Assembly: GCA_000091165.1 (NCBI GenBank)
Contig: FP565575.1
Span: forward strand, 2,460,001-2,492,000
Direction of reading: 5' to 3'
Source: Candidatus Methylomirabilis oxygeniifera
GTDB lineage: Bacteria > Methylomirabilota > Methylomirabilia > Methylomirabilales > Methylomirabilaceae
DNA: 32,000 nucleotides
Below the pieces are notes generated by a model. The model saw nothing but the letters and a program-made list of their open reading frames with translations, was not told where the DNA came from and searched no databases. A program made the position numbers and the translations under genes. Shown piece by piece: positions 1 to 9,032 of the stretch (within the stretch, counting starts at the first letter, position 1; each line of letters begins with the position of its first letter).

Positions 1-50
1 GGGAAGTACCCTGATTTGATTTCTGTCGGCCAGCGCCTCGCAACGCTACC

Positions 51-386
51 ATGGGTACGGGGTTACCGATGCACGAGATCGTACAAAACCGGAAGGAAGT
101 CCTCGAACGCCTGAAATCAGCCGAGGCCGCAATCCGTGCGCTGGGAGTTCGGCGACTGGCGCTCTTTGGATCGTTTGTTCGAGAAACGGCGTCGCTCGAA
201 AGCGATGTCGATGTTTTGGTCGAGTTCGAGCCAGAACGCAAAACATATGACCGATTTCTCGATCTCTCGGAACTCCTGGAGCGCCTGCTTGGACGTCGGG
301 TTGAGATCGTGACGACCGAGTCGCTGAGTCCTTATCTTGGTGCTTACATCCTTTCCGAGGCCAGAGATGTCATTCGAGCCGCTTGA
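51..386 (+). CDS. mntA: MntA-like minimal nucleotidyltransferase (antitoxin of a HepT/MntA TA pair)
   Basis: 111-aa ORF. Pol-beta-type NTase signature GS-x(n)-DxD is visible as [22 protein letters not shown]. The 3' end overlaps the DUF86/HepT ORF by 20 nt. Confidence 0.8.
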   Translation: MGTGLPMHEIVQNRKEVLERLKSAEAAIRALGVRRLALFGSFVRETASLESDVDVLVEFEPERKTYDRFLDLSELLERLLGRRVEIVTTESLSPYLGAYILSEARDVIRAA

Positions 387-729
387 GTACCTGCGTCACA
401 TCCTGATCGAGGCAGACTATCTGGTCGAGCAGTGCGTATCGCTCAGCAAGGAGCAATTACTGGCCGACGAGACCTTACGCCGGGCGTTTGTACGCAGTCT
501 GGAGATCATTGGTGAGGCTGCTAAGAAAGTGCCCGATGCGTTTCGTGAGCAACATCCGGAGGTAGAATGGCGGGCAATGGCCGGCATGCGCGACCGGCTG
601 ATTCACGGGTACTTCGGTGTGGATTACGAGCTTGTGTGGGATGCCGTAAAGAACAAAGTGCCCGCGTTAAGGGGGCAAATCGGAAACATCCTCCGCGATG
701 CGGATAGCCGTTCCACTTCTTCAGGCTGA
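367..729 (+). CDS. hepT: HepT-like HEPN/DUF86 toxin
   Basis: ATG at 367 ([13 protein letters not shown]...) overlaps the end of mntA. Canonical HEPN motif Rx4HxY is present as RDRLIHGY. The 337 start in the ORF track is probably an upstream extension. Confidence 0.8.
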   Translation: MSFEPLEYLRHILIEADYLVEQCVSLSKEQLLADETLRRAFVRSLEIIGEAAKKVPDAFREQHPEVEWRAMAGMRDRLIHGYFGVDYELVWDAVKNKVPALRGQIGNILRDADSRSTSSG

Positions 730-803
730 CGCAGAAACGACGCAGCTGAGCTTAGGCAAGAACACTACTCCCTAGACCATACGCCCTGATTTTCGGAGGC
801 ATA

Positions 804-3800
804 ATGCACCATTCCGATTTCGTCCATCTGCACGTTCATACTCAGTATAGCCTCCTGGATGGGGCCTGCTCCCTGGAGACGCTGGTGGCCAAGGCGAAGG
901 AGTATAAGATGCCCGCCTTGGCCATGACCGATCACGGCAACCTCTTCGGGGCGATCGACTTTTACACCCTGGCGATGAAGGAAGGGATAAAGCCGATCAT
1001 CGGCAGTGAGGTGTATATTGCCCCCGGCAGCCGTTTCGAGAAGTCCAATCAGGACAGCGGCTACGAAGGTGCCAGCCACATCACCCTGCTGGCCAAGGAC
1101 CAGGTCGGCTATCGGAATTTGATGAAGCTGGTGTCGGCCGGCTATCTGGAGGGGTTCTACTATAAGCCGCGAATCGACCGGGAGCTGTTCGCCCAACATT
1201 GTCAAGGCCTCATTGCCCTCTCCGGCTGCCTGAACAGCGAGGCGGCCAAAGCGCTGCTGGATGGGGACGAGGCGCGGGCCAAGGAGACTGTCGGTTGGTA
1301 CATGGATGCGCTGGGGCGCGAGAACTACTTTTTGGAGGTTCAGAACCACGGGATAGCGGAGCAGAAGACAGTCACTGACGGAGTCCTGCGGCTCGCCAAA
1401 GCATTCGACCTGCCGATTGTCGCCACCAACGACCTGCACTATCCCAGCAAAGAAGACGCGCGCGCCCATGAGGTGCTGCTCTGCATCCAGACCGGGAAGA
1501 CGATTCAGGACAAGGATCGCTGGCGCTTTTCCACCGATCAGTTCTACTTCAAATCGGCGGCGGAGATGAAGCAGATCTTTGCCGAGCTGCCGGAGGCGGT
1601 CAGGAACACCATTACTGTGGCCGAGCGGTGCAACCTCCAGCTCCAGTTCGGGCAGCTTCGCCTGCCCCGGTATCAGGTACCCGAAGGCCAGACCCTCGAG
1701 TCCTACCTGGCCCATCTGGCCTGGGAGGGACTGAAGATCCGATACCCGGACGCGAATGTCGAGGTTGAAGCGCGCCTGAAGTACGAGCTGGACGTTATCC
1801 AGAAGACCGGTTTCTCCGGTTACTTCCTGGTGGTCTGGGACTTCATCAAGTTCGCCAAAGATCGAGGGATCTCGGTCGGCCCCGGCCGTGGCTCCGCGGC
1901 CGCCTCGCTGGTCGCCTATTGCCTCAACATTACAAATATCGATCCGCTCCGGTACGGCCTGATCTTTGAGCGATTCCTGAACCCCGAACGGATTAGTATG
2001 CCGGATATGGACATCGACTTCAGCGACGACCGGCGGGACGAGGTGATCGAGTATGTGACCCGGAAATATGGCGCCGACAATGTCGCCCAGATCATTACGT
2101 TCGGGACGATGGGGGCCAAGGCGGTCATACGGGACGTTGGGCGGGGCCTGGGGATGCCCTATGCCGAGGTGGACAAGATTGCCAAGCTGGTGCCCAACCG
2201 GATCAATATCAGTCTGGACGAGGCGATTGCCGAGAGCCCGCCGCTGACCGAGGCGGTACAAAATCGGACAGAGGTCGGGGAGTTGTGGCAGGTTGCCAAG
2301 TGCCTGGAGGGGCTGACACGGCACGCCTCAACCCACGCGGCGGGCGTCGTCATCTCCGGCGATCCGCTCACCGAGCATGTCCCGCTGTACAAAGATCCCA
2401 AGGCCGGCAGCAAGCCGACCACCCAGTACGCCATGAAGGCCATCGAGAAGATCGGCCTGTTGAAGGTCGATTTCCTGGGCCTGCGAACGCTGACGGTCAT
2501 CGCCAACACGCTGGAACTGATCGCCTCCGGACGCGGGGATAAGATCACAATCGAGAAGATCCCCCTCGATGACCCGGCGGTCTTTTCCCTGCTTAGCGAG
2601 GCGCGGACCTTCGGAGTGTTTCAACTGGAATCCTCGGGAATGCGGGATCTGATGCGGCGTCTGAAGCCGGAACGGCTGGAGGACGTCATCGCCCTCGTGG
2701 CGCTCTACCGACCAGGACCGATGGTGATGATCGATGATTTCATCAACCGTAAGAACGGAAAGGTCAAGATCCGCTACGACCACCCGTTGATGGAGACGAT
2801 CCTCAAAGAGACCTATGGGATCATGGTCTACCAGGAACAGGTCATGCGAATCGCCTCTGATCTCGCCGGATTCTCGATGGGAGAGGCGGATGTGCTGCGC
2901 AAGGCAATGGGCAAGAAAGACCCCGAGATGATGGATCAACAACGGAAGAAGTTTGTCGACGGGGCCAAGGTTAAAGGGGTTCAGGCGCGGACCGCAGAAA
3001 AGATCTTCGACAAGATGGCCCCCTTTGCGGGATATGCCTTCAACAAACCTCACGCGACCTCTTACGCTCTCTTGGCCTATCAGACCGCCTACCTGAAGGC
3101 CCATTATCCGGTAGAATTCATGGCGGCCCTCCTCACCTCAGAGATGGCGGATACCGACGGGATCGTCAAGTATATCGACGAGTGCAAACAGATGGGGATT
3201 ACGGTTCTGCCGCCCGACGTCAATGAGTCGGAAAGCCGCTTTACTGTGGTGGGAGAGCAGATTCGGTTCGGACTGGTGGCCATCAAGAACGTCGGTGAGA
3301 CGGCCATTCAGTCGATCCTGGCCACACGGCGGGACAAGGGTCCTTTCCGATCCCTCTTTGACTTCTGCGAGCGGGTGGATCTGCGGCTGACAAACAAACG
3401 GGTCATCGAAAGCCTGATCAAGTGCGGGGCATTTGACTCCCTCGGGGCGGCGAGGGCTCAACTCATAGCTGTTGCCGATAAGGCGATGGAGGCCGGCGCC
3501 GGCACACAGCGGGAGCGTAGCCACGGCCAAGGCTCACTGCTGGACGTCTTGGAGGCTACGGGCGGCCTCAGCCAACAGGCTGAAGCCCTTCCGGCTATTC
3601 CGGAATGGTCGCCGACTCAACGCCTGGCCGCCGAAAAGGAGACGTTGGGCTTCTACGTCACCGGCCATCCGCTGGCCGATTACCGGGATGTCATCGCAAA
3701 GGTTGGGGCCGTCACGACCGATCGCCTCGCGGCCTGTCAGGACAAAGAGACAGTCACGCTGTGCGCCATCGTGTCCGCCGTAAAGGAGATTACCACGAAG

Positions 3801-4244
3801 AGCGGGGATCGGATGGCCTTTGTGACGTTCGAGGACATGGCGGGGACGGTGGAGGCGGTGGCATTTCCTGAGCTGTATAAGGCGAACCTGCTCCACTTGG
3901 TGAAGGGTGCGGCCGTCATGGTAAAGGGACAGGTGGACGTAGGCGAAGAGGTGGTCAAGTTGCTCTTGGCAGAGGTGAGTCCCCTTGCAAATGCCAGACG
4001 CAACGGCAAGTCGGTGGTGGAGATCACCGTAGAGGAAGCGCGCCTGTCCGACCCAATGCTGGAGCAGTTAAAAGGCGTACTGCTGAAATTTCCTGGATCT
4101 ATTCCTGTCAGACTTCACCTGAGCGTTGCGCCGGGCGCCCAGGTCACCGTTGCCGCCTCGCCGGACCTGACCGTTGCCGCGAACGAGCGGCTCAGGCAAG
4201 AGGTGGAGGCCCTGTTGGGTCCTGGTTCGATCACCGGAGCGTGA
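804..4244 (+). CDS. dnaE: DNA polymerase III alpha subunit
   Basis: 1146 aa. N-terminal PHP domain (FVHLHVHTQYSLLDG), conserved pol III alpha core (GPGRGSAAASLVAYCLNIT, PDMDIDF) and C-terminal OB region. GGAGG sits 6 nt upstream of the ATG. Confidence 0.95.
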   Translation: MHHSDFVHLHVHTQYSLLDGACSLETLVAKAKEYKMPALAMTDHGNLFGAIDFYTLAMKEGIKPIIGSEVYIAPGSRFEKSNQDSGYEGASHITLLAKDQVGYRNLMKLVSAGYLEGFYYKPRIDRELFAQHCQGLIALSGCLNSEAAKALLDGDEARAKETVGWYMDALGRENYFLEVQNHGIAEQKTVTDGVLRLAKAFDLPIVATNDLHYPSKEDARAHEVLLCIQTGKTIQDKDRWRFSTDQFYFKSAAEMKQIFAELPEAVRNTITVAERCNLQLQFGQLRLPRYQVPEGQTLESYLAHLAWEGLKIRYPDANVEVEARLKYELDVIQKTGFSGYFLVVWDFIKFAKDRGISVGPGRGSAAASLVAYCLNITNIDPLRYGLIFERFLNPERISMPDMDIDFSDDRRDEVIEYVTRKYGADNVAQIITFGTMGAKAVIRDVGRGLGMPYAEVDKIAKLVPNRINISLDEAIAESPPLTEAVQNRTEVGELWQVAKCLEGLTRHASTHAAGVVISGDPLTEHVPLYKDPKAGSKPTTQYAMKAIEKIGLLKVDFLGLRTLTVIANTLELIASGRGDKITIEKIPLDDPAVFSLLSEARTFGVFQLESSGMRDLMRRLKPERLEDVIALVALYRPGPMVMIDDFINRKNGKVKIRYDHPLMETILKETYGIMVYQEQVMRIASDLAGFSMGEADVLRKAMGKKDPEMMDQQRKKFVDGAKVKGVQARTAEKIFDKMAPFAGYAFNKPHATSYALLAYQTAYLKAHYPVEFMAALLTSEMADTDGIVKYIDECKQMGITVLPPDVNESESRFTVVGEQIRFGLVAIKNVGETAIQSILATRRDKGPFRSLFDFCERVDLRLTNKRVIESLIKCGAFDSLGAARAQLIAVADKAMEAGAGTQRERSHGQGSLLDVLEATGGLSQQAEALPAIPEWSPTQRLAAEKETLGFYVTGHPLADYRDVIAKVGAVTTDRLAACQDKETVTLCAIVSAVKEITTKSGDRMAFVTFEDMAGTVEAVAFPELYKANLLHLVKGAAVMVKGQVDVGEEVVKLLLAEVSPLANARRNGKSVVEITVEEARLSDPMLEQLKGVLLKFPGSIPVRLHLSVAPGAQVTVAASPDLTVAANERLRQEVEALLGPGSITGA

Positions 4245-4281
4245 CCCAGGAGCTTCGGTCAGAAACTTGCAGCGTATTTGC
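4152..4281 (+). repeat. Direct repeat copy 1: last 93 nt of dnaE (stop codon included) plus 37 nt downstream
   Basis: Aligns without gaps to 5957-6086, with 109/130 identical by my manual count. Confidence 0.85.
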
Positions 4282-4342
4282 GAGGAATAGACGGGGGTGT
4301 TGCTGTTTGTCGACGAACATTAACACTCGGACGGAGGAAACG

Positions 4343-5932
4343 ATGCGGAGTGTAACCGAATTGAGGCGATGTACGTTCAGTGACAGAGAGGCAGGCGCGT
4401 GGTGGCGGTACGTTACCTTGGCGGTCATGATGTTGATCACCTGGTGGAATCCCGGGATCTCCGAGGCCCAGTATACATATTCCCAACTCACCACCACCAC
4501 CGGGGACGGTAGCGCCAGCCCCTCTATCTCCGCTGACGGCACACGGATCGCCTTTCGCTCCAATCGCAATCTGACCGGCGGCAACTCCGATGGTAACTAT
4601 GAAATCTTCCTCTGGATTTCCGGCTCCGGCTTTACCCAGATCACTGACACCACTGGGGACAGTACCTACTCCTACCTTTCTATCTCCGCTGACGGCACAC
4701 GGATCGCCTTTCGCTCCAATCGCAATCTGACCGGCGGCAACTCCGATGGTAACTATGAAATCTTCCTCTGGATTTCCGGCTCCGGCTTTACCCAGATCAC
4801 TGACACCACTGGTGGCGAAAACTTCACCCCCTTCATCTCCGCTGACGGCACACGGATCGCCTTTGGCTCTAACCGCAACCTGGTTACTGGCGGTAATCTT
4901 GACGGGAACCCCGAAATCTTCCTTTGGACTGCCGGGTCCGGTTTTACTCAGGTTACGGCTACCAACGGTGCTAGCACTCACTACAACCCCTCCATCAATG
5001 CCGACGGCACCCGAATCGCCTTTTACTCTACTCACGACCTGACCGGCAGCAATCTGGACCACAATTCCGAGATCTTCCTCTGGACCTTCGGCTCCGGAGT
5101 CATCCAGATCACCAACACCACAGAGGGCGGAAGCGACACTCCCTCTATCTCCGCGGACGGTACCCGAATCGCCTTTGTCTCCACCGGTAACCCGGTTCCG
5201 GGCGGTAATCTCGACGGTAACTATGAAATCTTCCTCTGGACCGCCAGCTCCGGTTTTACCCAGGTTACTGCCACCACTGAAGGCTATAACTGGCAGCCCT
5301 TCATCTCCGCCGACGGTACCCGAATCGCCTTTGGTTCTAACCGCAACCTGACCGGTAGCAACCCCGACGGTAACTGGGAGACTTTCCTCTGGACCGCCTT
5401 CTTCGGCTTTGCCCAACTCACCACCACCACTGCAGGTGTCAGTTCTGGCCAATCTCTCAATACCGACGGCACCAAAATCGCCTTCGTCTCCACCAGCAAT
5501 CTGACCGGCGGCAACCCAGACGGTAACCCTGAGATCATCCTGGCCAGCAGCCCGTCGGTTGAGCTGGCGGCTGTCGGCTCCGGTCCTGGTCCCATGCTGA
5601 CCAATCCCGTATCGGTAAGCTATACACTCCAAGGGTGTAACAACAAGGAGATCTTTCTGGTTGTCAACGCCCCGGCTATGGGCATACCCTGGTCATACCT
5701 CGGCGCCTCAGGGTGGGTCTCGCTTCCGGCGGATCTTTCGACGGTCACCCCGTATCTAGGTAGTGGGCAAGCCGACGGCACCTATTCCCTCTATGCCGGT
5801 ACCGCCCCGGCAGGCACCTATGAGCTGTACTTGGGGTGCGACTATGTCATGGATGGCCACCTCAATATCGATACCAGCGCCGGCCTGAACCTGAACGGGG
5901 TCTATGACTATCTGTCGGTTACGGTGCAATAG
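4343..5932 (+). CDS. Secreted or membrane-anchored 7-bladed PD40/TolB-type beta-propeller protein with an unknown C-terminal domain
   Basis: GGAGGA lies 5 nt upstream of the ATG at 4343. There is a hydrophobic N-terminal segment (VTLAVMMLITWW), then seven ~52-aa repeats (ISADGTRIAFxSNRNLTGGNxDGNxEIFLW...GFTQ[IV]T) typical of PD40 blades, then ~120 aa of non-repeat C-terminus. Confidence 0.75.
   Translation: MRSVTELRRCTFSDREAGAWWRYVTLAVMMLITWWNPGISEAQYTYSQLTTTTGDGSASPSISADGTRIAFRSNRNLTGGNSDGNYEIFLWISGSGFTQITDTTGDSTYSYLSISADGTRIAFRSNRNLTGGNSDGNYEIFLWISGSGFTQITDTTGGENFTPFISADGTRIAFGSNRNLVTGGNLDGNPEIFLWTAGSGFTQVTATNGASTHYNPSINADGTRIAFYSTHDLTGSNLDHNSEIFLWTFGSGVIQITNTTEGGSDTPSISADGTRIAFVSTGNPVPGGNLDGNYEIFLWTASSGFTQVTATTEGYNWQPFISADGTRIAFGSNRNLTGSNPDGNWETFLWTAFFGFAQLTTTTAGVSSGQSLNTDGTKIAFVSTSNLTGGNPDGNPEIILASSPSVELAAVGSGPGPMLTNPVSVSYTLQGCNNKEIFLVVNAPAMGIPWSYLGASGWVSLPADLSTVTPYLGSGQADGTYSLYAGTAPAGTYELYLGCDYVMDGHLNIDTSAGLNLNGVYDYLSVTVQ
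4523..4812 (+). repeat. Tandem duplication inside the PD40 gene (156-bp period; 134 bp identical)
   Basis: 4523-4656 and 4679-4812 are base-for-base identical when read side by side. This corresponds to blades 1 and 2. Confidence 0.9.
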
Positions 5933-5956
5933 CGAACAGGTGTTTGACTTCATTGG

Positions 5957-6086
5957 GCCGCCTCGCCGGACCTGACCGTCGCAACGAACGAGCAGCTCAA
6001 GCGAGAGGTTGAGACCCTGTTGGGTCCTGGTACGATCACCGGCGCGTGACCTCAGGGACCCCGTCAGAAATCTGCAGCGTTTTTGC
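5957..6086 (+). repeat. Direct repeat copy 2: relic copy of the dnaE 3' end
   Basis: Encodes ...ASPDLTVATNEQLKREVETLLGPGTITGA-stop, against the dnaE end ASPDLTVAANERLRQEVEALLGPGSITGA-stop. About 84% nt identity to 4152-4281. Confidence 0.85.
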
Positions 6087-6112
6087 TGTGGGCTATCTCA
6101 CCACCTTCGGTA

Positions 6113-7456
6113 TCAGTGTCCGGCGACGGTCATACGGCGAAGCTTGACGGTGGGGGCGACGACGCTCTGGCGGAAGCTGAGATCGTTGCCTACCATTTCA
6201 ATCCCCAACAGCATCTCCTTGAGGTTGCCGGCGATGGTGATCTCGTGCACCGGATAGGTTAATTCCCCCTTCTCGATCCAGAATCCCACCGCACCCTGCG
6301 AGTAGTCACCGGTCACAAGGTTCACGCCGAAGCCGATCAGTTCGGTGACGTAAAGCCCGGCGTCCACCGAGCGAATGATCTCGGTCGGCTCATGCGGCCC
6401 GGATTGGAGGTAAAAGTTCGTGGGCCAGGCGGTCGGCGAATCGCCGGCGCCTCGGCTCGCGTTACCGGTCGGCTTCATCCCGAGCTTGCGGGCGGAATAG
6501 CTGTCAAGAAGGTAGCTGCGCAGGACGCCATTCTCTACGATGGTATTCCGTCGGGTCGGCAGCCCTTCGCCATCGAACGGCTTTGAGCCGAGATAGCCGG
6601 GTAACGTGCCGTCATCGTATACCGAGACGGTCTCAGCGGCGATCCGCTCACCCAGCTTGCCAACCAGAAACGATGCTCCACGATAGAGAGCGGGACCGCA
6701 GAGCGCGCCACAGATGATGCGCAACAGGTTTGTGGCAGTCTCAGGGTCGAAAACGACCGGAACCTCCTGAGTCTTGATCTTGCGTGCGCCTAGGCGCCTG
6801 AGGGTGCGCTCGGCCGCGCGCTTCCCGACCGCTTCAGGCGACTCCAGGGCGCCCAGGTGTCGGGCGCGTGAGTACCAGTGATCGCGTTGCATGCCGTCCT
6901 CAGACGAGGCGATGGGCGACACCGCGAGACTGAAGGTCGAGCCGCGATACTCACCCAGAAAACCTTGGCTGCTGCCATAGATGATCCGATACAGGTTACT
7001 CGCAAACTCCGCCCCTTCGGAGTTGGTGATCCTGCTGTCAGAGGAGAGGGCTGCAGTCTCGGCCGCCTTGGCCCGATCAAGCTGGTCTTTGACAGTGAGG
7101 GTCTCGCCGTCCGAATCATATAGGTTGAGATCCGGGATGTTCTTGGCGCATTCTTCCGTCGGCGGCAGCCCGGAGCACTCATCGCGGGCGATCGCCTTGG
7201 CCAGGACGGCCGTATCCTCCACCAATCGCGCGAGCGACTCCGTGGAGAGGTCTGAAGTCGAGCTGGTAGCCGACCGTTTGTCGAAAAAAAGCCGTAACCC
7301 AAGCCGGACCTCTTTAGCGCTCCGAAGCGTTTCGGTCTCTCCCAGCCTGACCTGGGTAGCAACCAACTCGTTCTCGGTCAGAACCAGGTCGGCCTCAGTG
7401 GCCCCTTTTCGCTTCGCCTCCTGCAACACTTCTTCGACGATCTGCCGGCTGATCAT
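6113..7456 (-). CDS. pmbA: PmbA/TldE metalloprotease-associated protein
   Basis: PmbA/TldD-family sequence lacking the HExxxH motif. ATG at 7456 (MISRQIVEEVL...) forms an ATGA overlap with the tldD stop. The 7567 start in the ORF track is an extension into tldD. Confidence 0.85.
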   Translation of the reverse strand: MISRQIVEEVLQEAKRKGATEADLVLTENELVATQVRLGETETLRSAKEVRLGLRLFFDKRSATSSTSDLSTESLARLVEDTAVLAKAIARDECSGLPPTEECAKNIPDLNLYDSDGETLTVKDQLDRAKAAETAALSSDSRITNSEGAEFASNLYRIIYGSSQGFLGEYRGSTFSLAVSPIASSEDGMQRDHWYSRARHLGALESPEAVGKRAAERTLRRLGARKIKTQEVPVVFDPETATNLLRIICGALCGPALYRGASFLVGKLGERIAAETVSVYDDGTLPGYLGSKPFDGEGLPTRRNTIVENGVLRSYLLDSYSARKLGMKPTGNASRGAGDSPTAWPTNFYLQSGPHEPTEIIRSVDAGLYVTELIGFGVNLVTGDYSQGAVGFWIEKGELTYPVHEITIAGNLKEMLLGIEMVGNDLSFRQSVVAPTVKLRRMTVAGH

Positions 7457-8925
7457 TGAGCGCTCCCCCCTTTCGGCATGCCGAGGGTCCCGCCCACGGT
7501 CAGCCCCTCGATCTTTATGGTCGGCAGCCCGACGCCCACGGGAACACTTTGACCGTCCTTCCCGCACGTCCCGATCCCCTCATCCAGCTTCAGATCATTA
7601 CCCACCATGGTCACTCGGGTCAGGACTTCCGGACCGTGGCCGATCAGCGTGGCGCCCTTGACCGGCCTTGTGATCTTTCCGTCTTCGATGAGATAGGCCT
7701 CGCTGGCCGAAAAAACAAACTTACCGCTGGTGATATCCACCTGGCCGCCGCCGAAGGTCACCGCGTACAGCCCGTGCTTGACGGAACCGATGATCTCGTC
7801 AGGTGTCGAGTCGCCGGGCAGCATGAAGGTATTAGTCATGCGTGGAAGCGGTTGGTGGGCGTAACTTTCGCGTCGGCCGTTGCCTGTCGGCTCCATTCCC
7901 ATCAGGCGCGCATTCAGTCGGTCCTGCAGATAGCCGCGCAGGATGCCCTGCTCGATCAGGACGGTACGGCCGGTCGGCGTCCCCTCGTCATCGACATTCA
8001 GCGAGCCGCGGCGTCCGGGGATTGTGCCATCGTCCACCACGGTGACAAGTTCCGAGGCGACCCGCTGCCCGATCCGATCGCTGAAGGCCGAGGTCTTTTT
8101 CCGGTTGAAGTCGCCTTCAAGGCCGTGACCGATCGCCTCGTGCAGCAAGATCCCAGGCCATCCGGAACCGAGGACGACGTCCATCATTCCGGCAGGGGCA
8201 TCGGCTGCGCTGAGGTTCATGATGGCCAGTCGGGCGGCCTCCTTGGCATAACGCTCGAAGCGGCCTCCCTCCAGGAAGAACTCGAACTCGGCCCTGCCCC
8301 CCCCACCCCAGCTCCCTACCTGCCTGTTCTCGCCATCCTGGGCGATGCAGGTGATGCTCAGGCGTGAGAGCGGCTGGATGTCGCCGACCATGACGCCGGC
8401 CGAGGTCGCGATCAAGACGATCTTGGACTCGCAGGCAAATGATGCCATTACCTGGACGATCCGGGGGTCTTCTTTCCTGACGATGGCGTCGATTCGGTGG
8501 AGCAGATCGATCTTTTTCTCCAGCGGAATCTCTACCGGCTGGACGCGAATCGGGTACAGATCATGGGACGGCGCACTGCCAACCTTCACCGGAGGAGGCG
8601 TACCGGCGTCTGCCCGCTCAGCGATCCCCTTAGCCCGCGAACCGGCGAGTTTCAGGTTCTCCACACTGATCTCGTCGGAAAATGCGTACCCGGTCTTCTC
8701 GTGAGCGAGGGCTCGGACTCCGACCCCCTGGTTGATATGCTTCGTCGCCTGTTTGATGATCCCCTCTTCGAGCGCCAGGGACTCACTGACTCGGTACTCA
8801 AAGTACAGGTCTGCGTCATCGATCTGGCTGCCAAGGGCGGCGCCCAATCCCTGCTCAAGGTGCCGCTCCGTCAATCCGAACTTTTCCAGGAAAAACCGCT
8901 CCGGTTTTATCGGGTGTATCGTCAT
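7453..8925 (-). CDS. tldD: TldD metalloprotease
   Basis: 490 aa with the TldD zinc motif HEAIGHGLEGDF. Translationally coupled to pmbA. Confidence 0.9.
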   Translation of the reverse strand: MTIHPIKPERFFLEKFGLTERHLEQGLGAALGSQIDDADLYFEYRVSESLALEEGIIKQATKHINQGVGVRALAHEKTGYAFSDEISVENLKLAGSRAKGIAERADAGTPPPVKVGSAPSHDLYPIRVQPVEIPLEKKIDLLHRIDAIVRKEDPRIVQVMASFACESKIVLIATSAGVMVGDIQPLSRLSITCIAQDGENRQVGSWGGGGRAEFEFFLEGGRFERYAKEAARLAIMNLSAADAPAGMMDVVLGSGWPGILLHEAIGHGLEGDFNRKKTSAFSDRIGQRVASELVTVVDDGTIPGRRGSLNVDDEGTPTGRTVLIEQGILRGYLQDRLNARLMGMEPTGNGRRESYAHQPLPRMTNTFMLPGDSTPDEIIGSVKHGLYAVTFGGGQVDITSGKFVFSASEAYLIEDGKITRPVKGATLIGHGPEVLTRVTMVGNDLKLDEGIGTCGKDGQSVPVGVGLPTIKIEGLTVGGTLGMPKGGSAQ

Positions 8926-8943
8926 CCAGTCCTCACTCTCTCT

Positions 8944-8979
8944 TAAGCGGTCAGCGATCAGCCATCAGCTTGCTGATGG
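8944..8979. repeat. Heptanucleotide tandem repeat (TCAGCNN x3-4) ending in an 8-bp palindrome
   Basis: TCAGC occurs at 8951, 8958 and 8965 (period 7), with a TAAGC variant at 8944. CCATCAGC-TT-GCTGATGG lies at 8962-8979. The repeat sits in the divergent tldD/mutY intergenic region, 19 nt upstream of the tldD ATG. Confidence 0.8.
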
Positions 8980-9032
8980 TTTATACCGGAATGTTATTGA
9001 AATCGACCGTACAACTTTTTATACTACCGCCC

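Noticed and set aside
765-2324. 519-aa ORF on the minus strand opposite dnaE. Similar long antisense ORFs occur at 2328-3104, 4259-5632, 7456-8367, 26797-27474, 28673-29407 and 29696-30382.
   Set aside because: They lie entirely inside strongly supported genes on the other strand. They have Arg/Gly/Pro-rich low-complexity composition typical of shadow frames in high-G+C DNA, and no start-site signals or motifs.
4500-5560. Regularly spaced ~156-bp DNA repeats that could be mistaken for a CRISPR-like or satellite array.
   Set aside because: The period is a multiple of 3, the repeats are in frame within one long ORF, and they encode PD40 propeller blades. There is no short-repeat/unique-spacer structure.
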